NCBI GenBank assembly: GCA_038883795.1
Contig: JAVZLK010000011.1
Coordinates: 1 to 41,627 of the forward strand
DNA: 41,627 nucleotides
Direction of reading: 5' to 3'
Origin: Candidatus Bathyarchaeia archaeon
GTDB lineage: Archaea > Thermoproteota > Bathyarchaeia > Bathyarchaeales > Bathycorpusculaceae
This document shows positions 26,824 through 36,812 of this stretch, piece after piece (position 1 is the first letter of the stretch; each line of letters opens with the position of its first letter). Under the pieces are notes generated by a model, which saw only the letters and a program-made list of their open reading frames with translations, was not told where the DNA came from and did no database searches. Both the position numbers and the translations under genes were made by a program.

Positions 26824-28946
26824 AGTTTGTTAGGAAACGTGATGGAAGATTAGAGCCCTTCGACCAAGAACGCATAACAAACGCCATATGGAAAGCCGCA
26901 AAGGCTGTTGGCGGAAAAGACCGCGAACTGGCAAAAAGGTTAAGCGACCAAGTGGTGGCTGAGCTTAAGAAGCGTTTCGGAGATGATGGAGTTCCAACAG
27001 TTGAGGAAATTCAAGACCTAGTGGAAAAAACGCTTATAGAGAATGGACATGCAAGAACAGCTAAAGCGTATATTCTCTATAGGAAGCAACACCAAGATTT
27101 ACGGGAGTTAGCCGCCCTATTAAGCTCAGCAGACCTCGTAGACCAATACTTAGACATTGAAGATTGGCGGGTTCGCGAAAACTCAAACATGAGCTACTCG
27201 CTGCAAGGCTTAAACAACTACCTATCCTCAACAGTCATAGCCAAATACTGGATAACAAGGATTTACCCGCCAGAAATTGCAGACGCTCATTTTTCTGGCG
27301 ACATACACATTCACAACCTAGGCGTTTTGGGACCATACTGCGTAGGCTGGGACATAAAGGATTTATTGCTTTCAGGATTCGGCGGAGTCCCGGGAAAAAT
27401 TGAAAGCAAACCAGCAAAACACTTCAGAACAGCCTTAGGACAAGTGGTAAACTTCTTCTACACACTACAGGGTGAAGCAGCAGGAGCCCAAGCTTTCAGC
27501 AACTTTGACGTTTACCTAGCACCATTCATACATTATGATGGACTAAACCAGAAAGAAGTGGAACAAGCGCTCCAGGAATTTCTCTTCAACATGAACGTGC
27601 CAACCCGTGTGGGATTTCAAACTCCATTCACGAATGTTACCTTGGATTTAGCTGTTCCAGATTTCATGAGGGATGAGCCAGTGATTATTGGTGGGGAAGT
27701 AATGGATGAAGATTATGGTTGTATGGATAAGGAGATGGAGATGTTTAATTTGGCTTATGCCAAAATAATGGGTGAAGGCGATGCTAAGGGTAGGGTTTTC
27801 ACTTTTCCAATACCAACATATAATATCACAAAGGATTTTGATTGGGATTCGCCGATAACTCAGAAAATTTTCGAAGTTACAGCAAAATATGGCGTACCAT
27901 ACTTCTCCAACTTTATAAACAGTGACATGAAACCCGAAGACGTCAGAAGCATGTGTTGCCGCCTAAGAATAGACAACAGAGAACTTCGAAAACGGGGAGG
28001 AGGTTTGTTTGGGGCGAATCCGCTCACGGGCTCTATAGGAGTTGTAACAATTAACCTTCCGAGAATTGGCTATTTGGCGAAGGATGAAGACGAATTTTTT
28101 GAGCGTTTAGAGGCGCTTATGGAACTAGCCAAAAACAGTTTGGAAATAAAGCGTAAAGCCCTTGAGAACCTAACAGAAAACGGATTATACCCATATTCCA
28201 AACGCTATTTACGCAACGTTAAGGAAGGCTTTGGAAAATACTGGAAGAACCACTTTTCAACCATAGGCTTGATTGGGATGAACGAGGCGATAATGAACCT
28301 TTTCGGCTACAATATAGCCAATCCAGAAGGCTTAGAATTCGCAAGGAAAGTGCTCAACTTCATGAGGGAAAAACTGGCAGACTTCCAAGAAGAAACTGGA
28401 AACATTTACAACCTAGAAGCAACACCAGCAGAGGGCACATCTTACAGGCTGGCACGCATAGACAAGAAGAAATATCCAGACATAATTGTGGCTAATGAGA
28501 AATACTTAGCCAAAGGGGCGGAACCCTTCTACACGAATTCTTCGCAGTTGCCAGTGGATTATGAAGGAGACTTGTTCGAAGCTTTGGAACATCAAGAAAA
28601 GCTTCAGCCCCTATATACTGGCGGAACAGTTTTCCACATCTATCTTGGCGAAAGACTGCATTCATGGGAAACAGCGGCGGAACTCATCCGCAAGGTGGCT
28701 TGGAACACAACCCTGCCATACTTCACTTTGACGCCGACCTTCAGCGTATGCCCGACCCACGGCTACATAAACGGAGAACACAAACAATGCCCCATTTGCA
28801 GCACAAACTGCGAAGTCTATTCGCGGGTTGTGGGCTACTTGAGACCAGTAGACCAGTGGAATGATGGAAAACAGGCAGAATTCGCCATACGCAGAACCTT
28901 TGACAAATCGGTTATTGTGCCAACAGCGGTTGTTCCAGCCAAGTGA
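26820..28946 (+). CDS. nrdD: Class III anaerobic ribonucleoside-triphosphate reductase
   Basis: N-terminal ATP cone, MCCRL, EATPAE, CPTH...CPIC, YSRVVGY glycyl-radical motif. Confidence 0.97.
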   Translation: MKFVRKRDGRLEPFDQERITNAIWKAAKAVGGKDRELAKRLSDQVVAELKKRFGDDGVPTVEEIQDLVEKTLIENGHARTAKAYILYRKQHQDLRELAALLSSADLVDQYLDIEDWRVRENSNMSYSLQGLNNYLSSTVIAKYWITRIYPPEIADAHFSGDIHIHNLGVLGPYCVGWDIKDLLLSGFGGVPGKIESKPAKHFRTALGQVVNFFYTLQGEAAGAQAFSNFDVYLAPFIHYDGLNQKEVEQALQEFLFNMNVPTRVGFQTPFTNVTLDLAVPDFMRDEPVIIGGEVMDEDYGCMDKEMEMFNLAYAKIMGEGDAKGRVFTFPIPTYNITKDFDWDSPITQKIFEVTAKYGVPYFSNFINSDMKPEDVRSMCCRLRIDNRELRKRGGGLFGANPLTGSIGVVTINLPRIGYLAKDEDEFFERLEALMELAKNSLEIKRKALENLTENGLYPYSKRYLRNVKEGFGKYWKNHFSTIGLIGMNEAIMNLFGYNIANPEGLEFARKVLNFMREKLADFQEETGNIYNLEATPAEGTSYRLARIDKKKYPDIIVANEKYLAKGAEPFYTNSSQLPVDYEGDLFEALEHQEKLQPLYTGGTVFHIYLGERLHSWETAAELIRKVAWNTTLPYFTLTPTFSVCPTHGYINGEHKQCPICSTNCEVYSRVVGYLRPVDQWNDGKQAEFAIRRTFDKSVIVPTAVVPAK

Positions 28947-28953
28947 AAGCCCC

Positions 28954-29631
28954 ATGAAGTTTAGCGGCATCCAAAAAACAAGCCTAATAGACTATCCCAA
29001 AAAAATAGCCTCCATCCTATTCACACCAGGCTGCAATCTGCGCTGTCCATACTGCTACAATTGGCGGATAGTTTTAAACCCAAAACCCCCATTCCTAAAC
29101 GAAGAAACAGCGCTTAATATTCTTGAATCTCGAAAAAAATACGTGGACGCCGTAGTCATAACTGGAGGAGAACCAACAAACTATAAGGAGCTACCAAAAT
29201 TTCTAAAAAAGCTTAAGGAAAGGGGCTTCGCAGTTAAGCTTGACACTAACGGGTTTAATCCAAACGTGTTAGAAGAAAGCTTACCCTACGTGGACTATGT
29301 AGCCTTAGACGTAAAAACCTCGCTTGAAAAATATCCAAAGCTCGGAGCAAAAGACACGAATGATTTCCTGCGCTCAATTGAAATTTTGAAAAGCGGAAAA
29401 ATTGAATATGAGTTTAGGACAACTGTTGTTCCAGGATTTGTTGACGCAGAAGACATTCCAAAAATAGGCGAACTCGTTGAAGGTGCAAAAACTTTTGCAT
29501 TCCAACAATTTATTCCAGGAGATACTTTAGACAAAACCTTTACTGCGCTTAAACCCTACCCATCAGAAACAATCAGAGAATTCGCTGAAACCATGAAAAA
29601 ATATGTCGACAACATAACATTCCGCATCTAA
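28954..29631 (+). CDS. nrdG: Anaerobic RNR activating enzyme (radical SAM)
   Basis: GCNLRCPYCYN, TGGEPT, KLDTNG; follows nrdD; probable ATG at 28954. Confidence 0.93.
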   Translation: MKFSGIQKTSLIDYPKKIASILFTPGCNLRCPYCYNWRIVLNPKPPFLNEETALNILESRKKYVDAVVITGGEPTNYKELPKFLKKLKERGFAVKLDTNGFNPNVLEESLPYVDYVALDVKTSLEKYPKLGAKDTNDFLRSIEILKSGKIEYEFRTTVVPGFVDAEDIPKIGELVEGAKTFAFQQFIPGDTLDKTFTALKPYPSETIREFAETMKKYVDNITFRI

Positions 29632-29640
29632 ACTGCGAAA

Positions 29641-30387
29641 GTGATGTTTCATTTGTTGGACGAAAGCAAGTTTTTCAACAAGAAAAAAGCAGTACTATTT
29701 GACCTTGGAAATACTTTAGCATTCTATTTCGAAAGAAATGAGTTTCCCGCAATTCTTCGGCAAGCCATTACTCAAGTGCAAAGCTATTTGGATTCGAAGG
29801 GTATGCTTAACATTTCTCCAAGTGAGATGTGGCGAAGGGTGCAAAAAGAAGATTATGAATCAGACAACCATAAAGTGAGACCCTTAGAAGAACGCCTTAT
29901 CCGAATTTTTCAATTAAACCATTCAACCTTACCTAGCAATATGGTTATGACAATGTGCAGACATTTTATGAAACCCATATTTGCAAGAAGCCATCTATAC
30001 CTGGACACTTTACCTACGCTCAAAGAGCTTAAATCAAGGGGTTTAAAAACAGCTATTGTTTCCAACACTACGTGGGGAAGCCCAGCAAACCTTTGGCGAG
30101 AAGAAATAGAACGCTTAAGCTTAAGCCCATATATGGATGCAGTTGTGTTTTGTAGGGATGTTGGTTGGCGAAAACCCGCAAAACAAATTTTCGAATACGC
30201 ATTAAAGAAGCTGAATGCGCTTGCACAAGAGTGTGTTTTTGTGGGCGACGATCCAAGATGGGACCTTATTGGACCGCAAGCCGTAGGAATGTCATCAATA
30301 ATTATTGACCGTAAGGGATTAATTCAGCATGTGGAAAAAGCGCCAATTATAAAAAGTCTTGAAGAATTATGCCAAAAACTAGGCTAG
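29641..30387 (+). CDS. HAD-superfamily hydrolase
   Basis: FDLGNTL, VSN, KP, VGDD...D. Confidence 0.9.
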   Translation: MMFHLLDESKFFNKKKAVLFDLGNTLAFYFERNEFPAILRQAITQVQSYLDSKGMLNISPSEMWRRVQKEDYESDNHKVRPLEERLIRIFQLNHSTLPSNMVMTMCRHFMKPIFARSHLYLDTLPTLKELKSRGLKTAIVSNTTWGSPANLWREEIERLSLSPYMDAVVFCRDVGWRKPAKQIFEYALKKLNALAQECVFVGDDPRWDLIGPQAVGMSSIIIDRKGLIQHVEKAPIIKSLEELCQKLG

Positions 30388-30418
30388 TATAAATGGCATG
30401 AATAAAAAAGAGGGAGTT

Positions 30419-31801
30419 TTAGTAGGCAGAGATTCCAACAAAGCGCAGCTTACTCAACTTCATCATGGGAACAGTTGTTTCATCAACCATTTCCAAATTT
30501 TTGCCAATTAAGGGTATGTCCTTAAAGGCTGAGAGCATGCTGTCCGTAAAGCGCATGTTAACTATTGGCTTGGAAATTTCGCCATTTTCTATTAGGAAAG
30601 TACCATCTCTAGTAAGTCCAGTTAAAATGACTTTTGTGGGCTCCACGGGGTTTACGTAATGGAATGTGGTTACGAATATGCCACGTTTTGTTTCAGAAAT
30701 GGCTTCTTCCAATGTAGCGTCTCCAGGCTCCACTATCATGTTGAAGGGAATTGGTCTTTCACCATAATATGCGCCAATTGGAGGCAAAGCATGCCCAGTG
30801 CTCTTTCTATTTTCTTTTCCAGCAGTAAAAGAGTTATAACAAATGCTATTTTCCGAAACAACGCCATTCTTTATTAAATCCAAAGCCCTTTTGGGAACCC
30901 CCTCACCGTCAATTGGCAAGGCATAAAGCGTTTTTGGATTTCTCGCATCATCCCTAACAGTGAGTTTGCCATCGAAGACTTGCTGGTTTAGGCAGTATTT
31001 GACAAAGGATTGCCCATCTTGGTATGGTATGGCTGAAAAGCCAATATAGCCCATGTACATCATAAGTGTGGCAACAGCTAATGGCGACAAAACAACCTCA
31101 TATTCTCCAGGCTCAAGCTTAATTGGGTTTAGGCTTTTAACAGATTTTTCCGCAGCATCCTCAGCCAACAATGATGGCTCAATATCCTTCACACGCCGCG
31201 AATATTTTTCAGCCGTTCCAAACCCCTCAGAGGTTCCAGACTGCGAAATAACTGTGGTTTTCATGTAGGTTATGGACATTTCAGCCCAAGCCGAAACCCC
31301 AAGCGAGTTAGCAACGGCATAGGCTAGGGAGCCTGTGTTAAAGTATCCAGCCACCGCTTTCACGAGGCGAGATTTTGAGTGGGCTGTTTGTATGGCTTCT
31401 TTAACCTTTTCAGCCCTATATTTTGGTTCGCAGTTTGCAGTTTCCTCGTCAAAGGCTCCTTTTATTGGCGTCCACTTTTCTGGTTCTGGAAGGCTTTTGA
31501 ACTCCTTATTTGGAGGAGAAGCCTTAGCAATTTTAACCGCTTGCTCCACAGCCCTTTGAATTTCTTTTTCTTCTAAAGTGTTAACTTGAATTGTGCTGAT
31601 TCTCTTGTCCAAAACAACTTTGATGTTTACGCCGCCGGATTTTCTCGCCACATTTTGATGCACTTGAGAGTTAGCAAATCTTGTCAAAGAATTATCCATC
31701 ATAAAGGCTGAAGCTTGCGCCTGGTCCGCTTTCTGTTTAACAGCATACTTAACGGTTTTTTCCGCAATTTCCTTCAATCTTTCTGTAACCATAACTTTCA
31801 C
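30419..31801 (-). CDS. PmbA/TldE family protein
   Basis: TRFANS, DGEGVP, STGHA, TGLTRDG; paired with tldD. Confidence 0.9.
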   Translation of the reverse strand: MKVMVTERLKEIAEKTVKYAVKQKADQAQASAFMMDNSLTRFANSQVHQNVARKSGGVNIKVVLDKRISTIQVNTLEEKEIQRAVEQAVKIAKASPPNKEFKSLPEPEKWTPIKGAFDEETANCEPKYRAEKVKEAIQTAHSKSRLVKAVAGYFNTGSLAYAVANSLGVSAWAEMSITYMKTTVISQSGTSEGFGTAEKYSRRVKDIEPSLLAEDAAEKSVKSLNPIKLEPGEYEVVLSPLAVATLMMYMGYIGFSAIPYQDGQSFVKYCLNQQVFDGKLTVRDDARNPKTLYALPIDGEGVPKRALDLIKNGVVSENSICYNSFTAGKENRKSTGHALPPIGAYYGERPIPFNMIVEPGDATLEEAISETKRGIFVTTFHYVNPVEPTKVILTGLTRDGTFLIENGEISKPIVNMRFTDSMLSAFKDIPLIGKNLEMVDETTVPMMKLSKLRFVGISAY

Positions 31802-31808
31802 CTTCCTC

Positions 31809-33272
31809 CTATTTGATTAGTCCAACCCGCACTTTGCGGAAGCGGGCTGTTCCACATCCATGTCCAACATACATCACTTGTCCAGGCACTCCCTTCCCGC
31901 AATTAGGCGTACCCCACATTTTCCAATCGTCCTTGCTTACGGCGTCGCATGAACCCCAAAATTGTGGTGTAACTCCCATGTATGTTGGATTCTTAATCAT
32001 TTTTTCTCTGCTTCCATTCTTTATTCTCCAGCCAATTTCCGTGCCAAACTGGAAGTTTATTCTTTTGTCGTCTATGCTCCAAGAGCGGTTTGTGGTTATG
32101 AGAATGCCATCCTTTGTGTCTTCAACAATTTCTTCAGCCTTCCAGTCTCCAGAAAGCAAGTTAATGTTCGTCATCCGTATGATTGGCAAAGACAAGGGCG
32201 AGTCAGCCCTCATTCCTCCGCTGCTTTCTTTAAGGTTTAGCTCAGCTGCGGTTTCACGGGAACTTTGATATCCCACAAAAATTCCTTCTTTAATTAGGTA
32301 GACTTTCTTTGCTGGAACACCCTCATCGTCAAAGCCGAAGGTTCCAAGCCCTTTTGGAACTGTGGCGTCAGCAACAATGTTGACCTTTTCTGAGCCATAC
32401 CTAAATTTTCCAAGCTTTTCAGGCGTCAAAAAACTTGTTCCCGCATAGTCAGCCTCTGTTCCAAGAACCCTGTCAAGCTCTGTTGGGTGACCACAACTTT
32501 CATGAATTTGTAGGGCAAGCTGATCGCCTTGCAAAATTAAATCCATTTCTCCCGAAGGACATTTTTCAGCTTCAAAAAGCATCAGAAGTTCTTTTGCAGT
32601 TTCTTCTGCATGGTCGATGAGGGCTAGGGATTCAAAAAACTCGTAGCCGCTTGTTGCAAAGTCTCCCCTAAAAGGCGATGGGTAAGATCTTGTTTGCATT
32701 TCTCCATTTTTTACGGCTATTGCGGATATGCCTCCTCCACACCATGTTATCTGCTGATCTATCTGTGCGCCTTCGCTGCTCATGAAAAGTTTGTTTTCCC
32801 TAAATCCATAGTAAAATGCATAGGAAGCCTTTATTAACGGTGAATAGTTTTTGAGAATCTGTCCGGCTTGAACAAGAACGCCTAGCTTTTCTTCTAATGG
32901 AATTTTGAAGGGGTCTTTTTTGAAACTTGTGGAGTACTTGCTTTTTTGGGCTTTTTCTTTTATTAAAACTGCCTCTTTCTTCTTTAGCAAAGCGCTAGCC
33001 TTTGCGATGCTAATCGCCCTATCAACGGTTTTGGAAATCTCCTCTCTGTTCACATCAACGGAACCAGCAAAACCCCATGCACCATCCACTATGACGCGAA
33101 CACCAAACCCCTTAGTTTGCGAGAAGCTAACAGTTTCTGGTTCTCCATTTTTCACGGTTAGGCTTTCGTTAAAAATTTCGCTTATCCTAATGTCCGCATA
33201 AGAAGCGCCCCTTTTTTCAGCTTGCTCTAAGGCTATTTTTCCATAATCAACACTCATGCCAAACACATCCAA
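31809..33272 (-). CDS. tldD: TldD family metalloprotease
   Basis: HESCGHPTE, DDEGVP, RMTN, CGKG.P.Q motifs. Confidence 0.92.
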   Translation of the reverse strand: MDVFGMSVDYGKIALEQAEKRGASYADIRISEIFNESLTVKNGEPETVSFSQTKGFGVRVIVDGAWGFAGSVDVNREEISKTVDRAISIAKASALLKKKEAVLIKEKAQKSKYSTSFKKDPFKIPLEEKLGVLVQAGQILKNYSPLIKASYAFYYGFRENKLFMSSEGAQIDQQITWCGGGISAIAVKNGEMQTRSYPSPFRGDFATSGYEFFESLALIDHAEETAKELLMLFEAEKCPSGEMDLILQGDQLALQIHESCGHPTELDRVLGTEADYAGTSFLTPEKLGKFRYGSEKVNIVADATVPKGLGTFGFDDEGVPAKKVYLIKEGIFVGYQSSRETAAELNLKESSGGMRADSPLSLPIIRMTNINLLSGDWKAEEIVEDTKDGILITTNRSWSIDDKRINFQFGTEIGWRIKNGSREKMIKNPTYMGVTPQFWGSCDAVSKDDWKMWGTPNCGKGVPGQVMYVGHGCGTARFRKVRVGLIK

Positions 33273-33386
33273 CTTTTAGAAGGAATTAAATATGCCTATT
33301 TCACTTTTAACTTTTGGCATAGCGTAAAGTTTAAGGGTTAATCCATCATTTAGGTTTCAAACGCCCCCTAGAATGAGGTTTAAAGC

Positions 33387-33941
33387 TTGAGCGTAGAAGA
33401 AGAGGAAAGCCTAGAAGAACGCAAAGCAAAAGTTTTGATAAAACTCAGAGGATACAAACTCATTAAAAGGGAAAGACATAAGGATAATGTTAGCTACATT
33501 GTAGAAGCCCCAAAAGAAAAACAGAAAATTCTCATATGGTGCGCCCCTGAAGAAGCCACGGTGGGTATAACATCAATAAATCTCATGCAAAAAGCTATGA
33601 AAGAAGCCAACGTGGACTCTGGAATAATGATAACAAGCGGCAGGTACACGCATACAGTAAAACAAAGCGCCAAAAAAAGAAAAATCGAACTTTTACCCAG
33701 AACCTTTCCAGCCTTCGACATTTTCGAACACCAACTTGTCCCAAAACATGAAATCCTAACAAAAGAAGAAAGAGAAAAAGTACTAGCCCAATACAAGGTT
33801 CAGCCTTACCAACTACCGCAGATTAAAGCTTCAGATCCAGCGGTTAAAGCCATAGGCGCAAAACCAGGCGACATATTGCGCATAATAAGAAAAAGCCCGA
33901 CAGCAGGAGAACACATAGCCTACAGATACGTAGTAGAATAA
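33387..33941 (+). CDS. rpo5: RNA polymerase subunit Rpo5/RpoH with an RPB5-like N-terminal domain
   Basis: C-terminal [10 protein letters not shown]...LPQI...DP......[17 protein letters not shown]...YRYVV; additional ~105-aa N-terminal alpha/beta domain. Confidence 0.93.
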   Translation: MSVEEEESLEERKAKVLIKLRGYKLIKRERHKDNVSYIVEAPKEKQKILIWCAPEEATVGITSINLMQKAMKEANVDSGIMITSGRYTHTVKQSAKKRKIELLPRTFPAFDIFEHQLVPKHEILTKEEREKVLAQYKVQPYQLPQIKASDPAVKAIGAKPGDILRIIRKSPTAGEHIAYRYVVE

Positions 33942-33950
33942 TTTCGCAAT

Positions 33951-34289
33951 TTAATGTTCGCTTTTACTGGCGAGAACTTTAGCAAAATAATCCTCAAAAC
34001 GCTTATAATCTTTAAGCAGTTTTTTGCCTTGCTTTGTTAGTTTTGCTCCTCCTCCACCAGATTTGCCACCTCTATAAGTTTCTATGACTGGCTCGCCCAA
34101 CACCTTCTCAATCTTTTTTAGGTAACTCCAAACATAACGGTAGGACATGCCAAGTTTTTCCGCAACCTTCGAAATTGATTTTTCCTTTTCTATTTGCTCT
34201 AAGATTTGGGCTCCGCCTTTGCCTAAAACTGGTTTTCCTTCGTATTCTATCCATATTTTGTATGAGAATTTGCTTTTGTTTTTTGGCAT
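33951..34289 (-). CDS. ModE-like winged-helix regulator (no TOBE domain)
   Basis: LGKGGAQILEQI...SIS..A..LGMSYR..W...RGG..GGGA.LT..G. Confidence 0.88.
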   Translation of the reverse strand: MPKNKSKFSYKIWIEYEGKPVLGKGGAQILEQIEKEKSISKVAEKLGMSYRYVWSYLKKIEKVLGEPVIETYRGGKSGGGGAKLTKQGKKLLKDYKRFEDYFAKVLASKSEH

Positions 34290-34327
34290 AGTGTTTTGTT
34301 TGTTGCATTAGGTTTATAAGTTTAAAT

Positions 34328-34351
34328 CGATATGATTAGGGAAACACATCG
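34328..34351. promoter_or_regulatory. Putative ModE-type operator
   Basis: Imperfect inverted repeat CGATATGATT-AGGG-AAACACATCG (8/10 symmetric, 24 bp) between the divergent modE-like and tauE-like genes. Confidence 0.55.
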
Positions 34352-34441
34352 TATTGCAGGGTATGGAGGCTGTTCAAAATAGCTCAAAAACTAGAAGCGT
34401 CAATAGCTAAAGCATTTGCAGCCCTATTTTTCGGCTTTCTG

Positions 34442-35182
34442 ATGGGAGTAGCTGCTGGATTGATTGGCGTTGGCGGAGGAGAGTTTAGAATACCAGTGCT
34501 GCTTTATATTCTTGGGCTTTCTGTTGTTACGGCTGTGGCTGTTAACCTTCTCGTGGGTTTTCTGACGGTTTTAGCCTCTTTCCTTAAAAGGTTTCAACTG
34601 GGCTTATTGAACGAGAAGGCTGTTAACATCGCCATTGCCATGTCTTTAGGCTCCATTGTAGGCGCATATTTAGGCGCACTATTAACCAACAAAATTCCTG
34701 AAAAACCTCTGAAAAAGATTCTGGCAGTATTTTTAGTTGTTGTTGGATTAAAAATCGGGCTTGAGCCTTTCATTCAAACTCCGCCATTACCATTTCAAAT
34801 CACATTAGGCGTAATAGAGGAAATTGTTTTAGCAGTTTTTGTTGGCGCCCTCATAGGCATAATATCAGGAACCCTCGGAGTCGCAGGCGGCGAATTCAGA
34901 ATTCCAATTTTAATATACATTTTCAATTTCGACATCATTGTAGCCGGAACGGCAAGCCTCCTTGTTTCCATACCAACAGTTGCCATGGGCTTCATAAAGC
35001 ATCATCAAATGGGACACACAAACCAAGGCGCCACAATCATAGCAATAATAATGGGAGTCGGCTCGGTTCTTGGCGCTTTGATTGGAGGCACATACGCAGC
35101 AGTTATCGATAAAGAAATCCTTAAAGTGTTACTTGGAGCAATCTTGATTTTGGCAACAGTGAGAATGGTTACAAAACCTTAA
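34442..35182 (+). CDS. TauE/SafE (TSUP) family transporter
   Basis: Duplicated G..GV.GGEFRIP motif and multiple TM segments; true start probably upstream near 34379. Confidence 0.9.
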   Translation: MGVAAGLIGVGGGEFRIPVLLYILGLSVVTAVAVNLLVGFLTVLASFLKRFQLGLLNEKAVNIAIAMSLGSIVGAYLGALLTNKIPEKPLKKILAVFLVVVGLKIGLEPFIQTPPLPFQITLGVIEEIVLAVFVGALIGIISGTLGVAGGEFRIPILIYIFNFDIIVAGTASLLVSIPTVAMGFIKHHQMGHTNQGATIIAIIMGVGSVLGALIGGTYAAVIDKEILKVLLGAILILATVRMVTKP

Positions 35183-35189
35183 ACCAATT

Positions 35190-35411
35190 TTAAGAGGTCA
35201 GCTTTTCATTTTTCAATTCATATAGAATTACGAGAGCTTCGCCTAAGGGTATGCCAAGCCTTGAAGCTAATTCCGCAGGCGTTATATCTGGTTTTTCGTG
35301 GAGAACAACTTCGCGGACATAAGCCTTATGGTTTGGATACAGGATTAAGGCGTGAACCGTTTCAATTAGGATGAGCCACAATTTCTCCTTTAAGTATTCT
35401 TCAAAACTCAT
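35190..35411 (-). CDS. Small hypothetical protein with HTH-like C-terminus
   Basis: ITPAELASRLGIPLGEA; co-oriented with the upstream GNAT gene. Confidence 0.65.
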   Translation of the reverse strand: MSFEEYLKEKLWLILIETVHALILYPNHKAYVREVVLHEKPDITPAELASRLGIPLGEALVILYELKNEKLTS

Positions 35412-35441
35412 GGCGCATCAAAATATTAATTATGCCGGAAG

Positions 35442-35990
35442 TTAAATATTCAATTTGCTCCATTCATGGTCTAGAATGGCGTACAATAGGGAGTCTCGCC
35501 ATTTTCCCTTTGCCCATTTATGTTCGCGGAGATGTCCTTCCCGTTGCATGCCAACCTTTTCTAAAACGCGTATTGACGCTATGTTGGCTGGGTCGCAGGT
35601 GGCAAATATTCTATGCAAATTTAGTTTTTCAAAGCCGAATTTGAGAAGAGCCTTTGCTGTTTCAGTTGCGTAGCCCTTTCCCCAAAATTCACGGTTTAAG
35701 ACATACCCTATCCAGCCCTCTCGATTTTCCGGGTTTGAAATGTGGATTCCGCAGCCTCCAATTATCCTATTCTGCACTTTCAGCACAACTGCTAAATCAT
35801 AGCCTTTGCGGGGTTGTTCTTTTTGGCGGGCAATGGCTCTTTTAATAAAATTTTGGGTATCCATTAACGTGTTGGGTCCCCAATCTATGTAGCGAACAAC
35901 TTCGGGGTCAGAGGCGTATTCATGCACGGCTTCCCAGTCGGCTTCCTCAAAATCCCGCAGCCTAAGACGCTCTGTTTCGATAACCACCAC
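35442..35990 (-). CDS. RimJ/RimL-type GNAT acetyltransferase
   Basis: IETERLRLR, WGKGYATE, N.ASIRVLEKVGM..EG. Confidence 0.93.
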   Translation of the reverse strand: MVVIETERLRLRDFEEADWEAVHEYASDPEVVRYIDWGPNTLMDTQNFIKRAIARQKEQPRKGYDLAVVLKVQNRIIGGCGIHISNPENREGWIGYVLNREFWGKGYATETAKALLKFGFEKLNLHRIFATCDPANIASIRVLEKVGMQREGHLREHKWAKGKWRDSLLYAILDHEWSKLNI

Positions 35991-36117
35991 AAATTTTCAC
36001 CTTTCATTAGATATTTCGTTGAAAGTCATCATAAATAATTTTACCGCAAAGTATATTTCTTTCATAGTGTGATTAAACGCTTCAAAATTCAAAAGAAACC
36101 AAAGTGGAAAAGGAAAG

Positions 36118-36807
36118 ATGACCGTCAAAACAGTAATCTTCGACTTGGACGGGACGCTTACAAGCTTTAACATAGATTATAGAAGCGTTAGGGCTGAAGT
36201 GCGAAGCTTCCTCATAAAGGCTGGAATGCCCGCTTCGGTTTTATCCCTCAACGAGAGCATATTCGAAATGTTAAAGAAAACAGAAATCTTCATGAAAAAT
36301 AATGGAAAATCTGAAAGGGCTTTCATGGAAATTCGCCGCAAAGCCTTAGAAATAGCCGAAAAATACGAGTTGGAAGCAGCAAAGACCACTGGACTTCTGC
36401 CGGGAGTTTTGGAAACATTAAAAGCCTTGAAGAAAATGGGTTTGAAGCTTGGCTTATGCACAATAAACAGCGAAAAATCCACAAACCACATCCTAAAAAA
36501 ATTCGGAATAACAGAATTCTTCGATGCAGTAACGCCACGGGACCATGTGAAATATGTTAAACCAAACACGGAACACCTCGAGGCTACATTAAAGGCTTTA
36601 GATGTAAAACCAGAAGAGGCAGTGGTTGTTGGAGACGGCTCCAGCGACATGAGATGCGCAAGGGAGTTAAAGGCTGTTGCTGTGGCTTTGCCGACAGGTG
36701 TTTCAAACGCAAAGGAGCTTATAGCGTCTGGCGCAAACTATCTCATAACTTCAATAACAGACTTGCCCACGCTAATTGAATATTTAAACAAAACTTTGGA
36801 AACATAA
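36118..36807 (+). CDS. HAD-superfamily phosphatase (phosphoglycolate phosphatase-like)
   Basis: FDLDGTL, KP, VGDG..D. Confidence 0.92.
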   Translation: MTVKTVIFDLDGTLTSFNIDYRSVRAEVRSFLIKAGMPASVLSLNESIFEMLKKTEIFMKNNGKSERAFMEIRRKALEIAEKYELEAAKTTGLLPGVLETLKALKKMGLKLGLCTINSEKSTNHILKKFGITEFFDAVTPRDHVKYVKPNTEHLEATLKALDVKPEEAVVVGDGSSDMRCARELKAVAVALPTGVSNAKELIASGANYLITSITDLPTLIEYLNKTLET

Positions 36808-36812
36808 GCTAT

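Noticed and set aside
26820-28946. Intein or intron in nrdD
   Set aside because: Length and motif spacing are normal, with no splice motifs.
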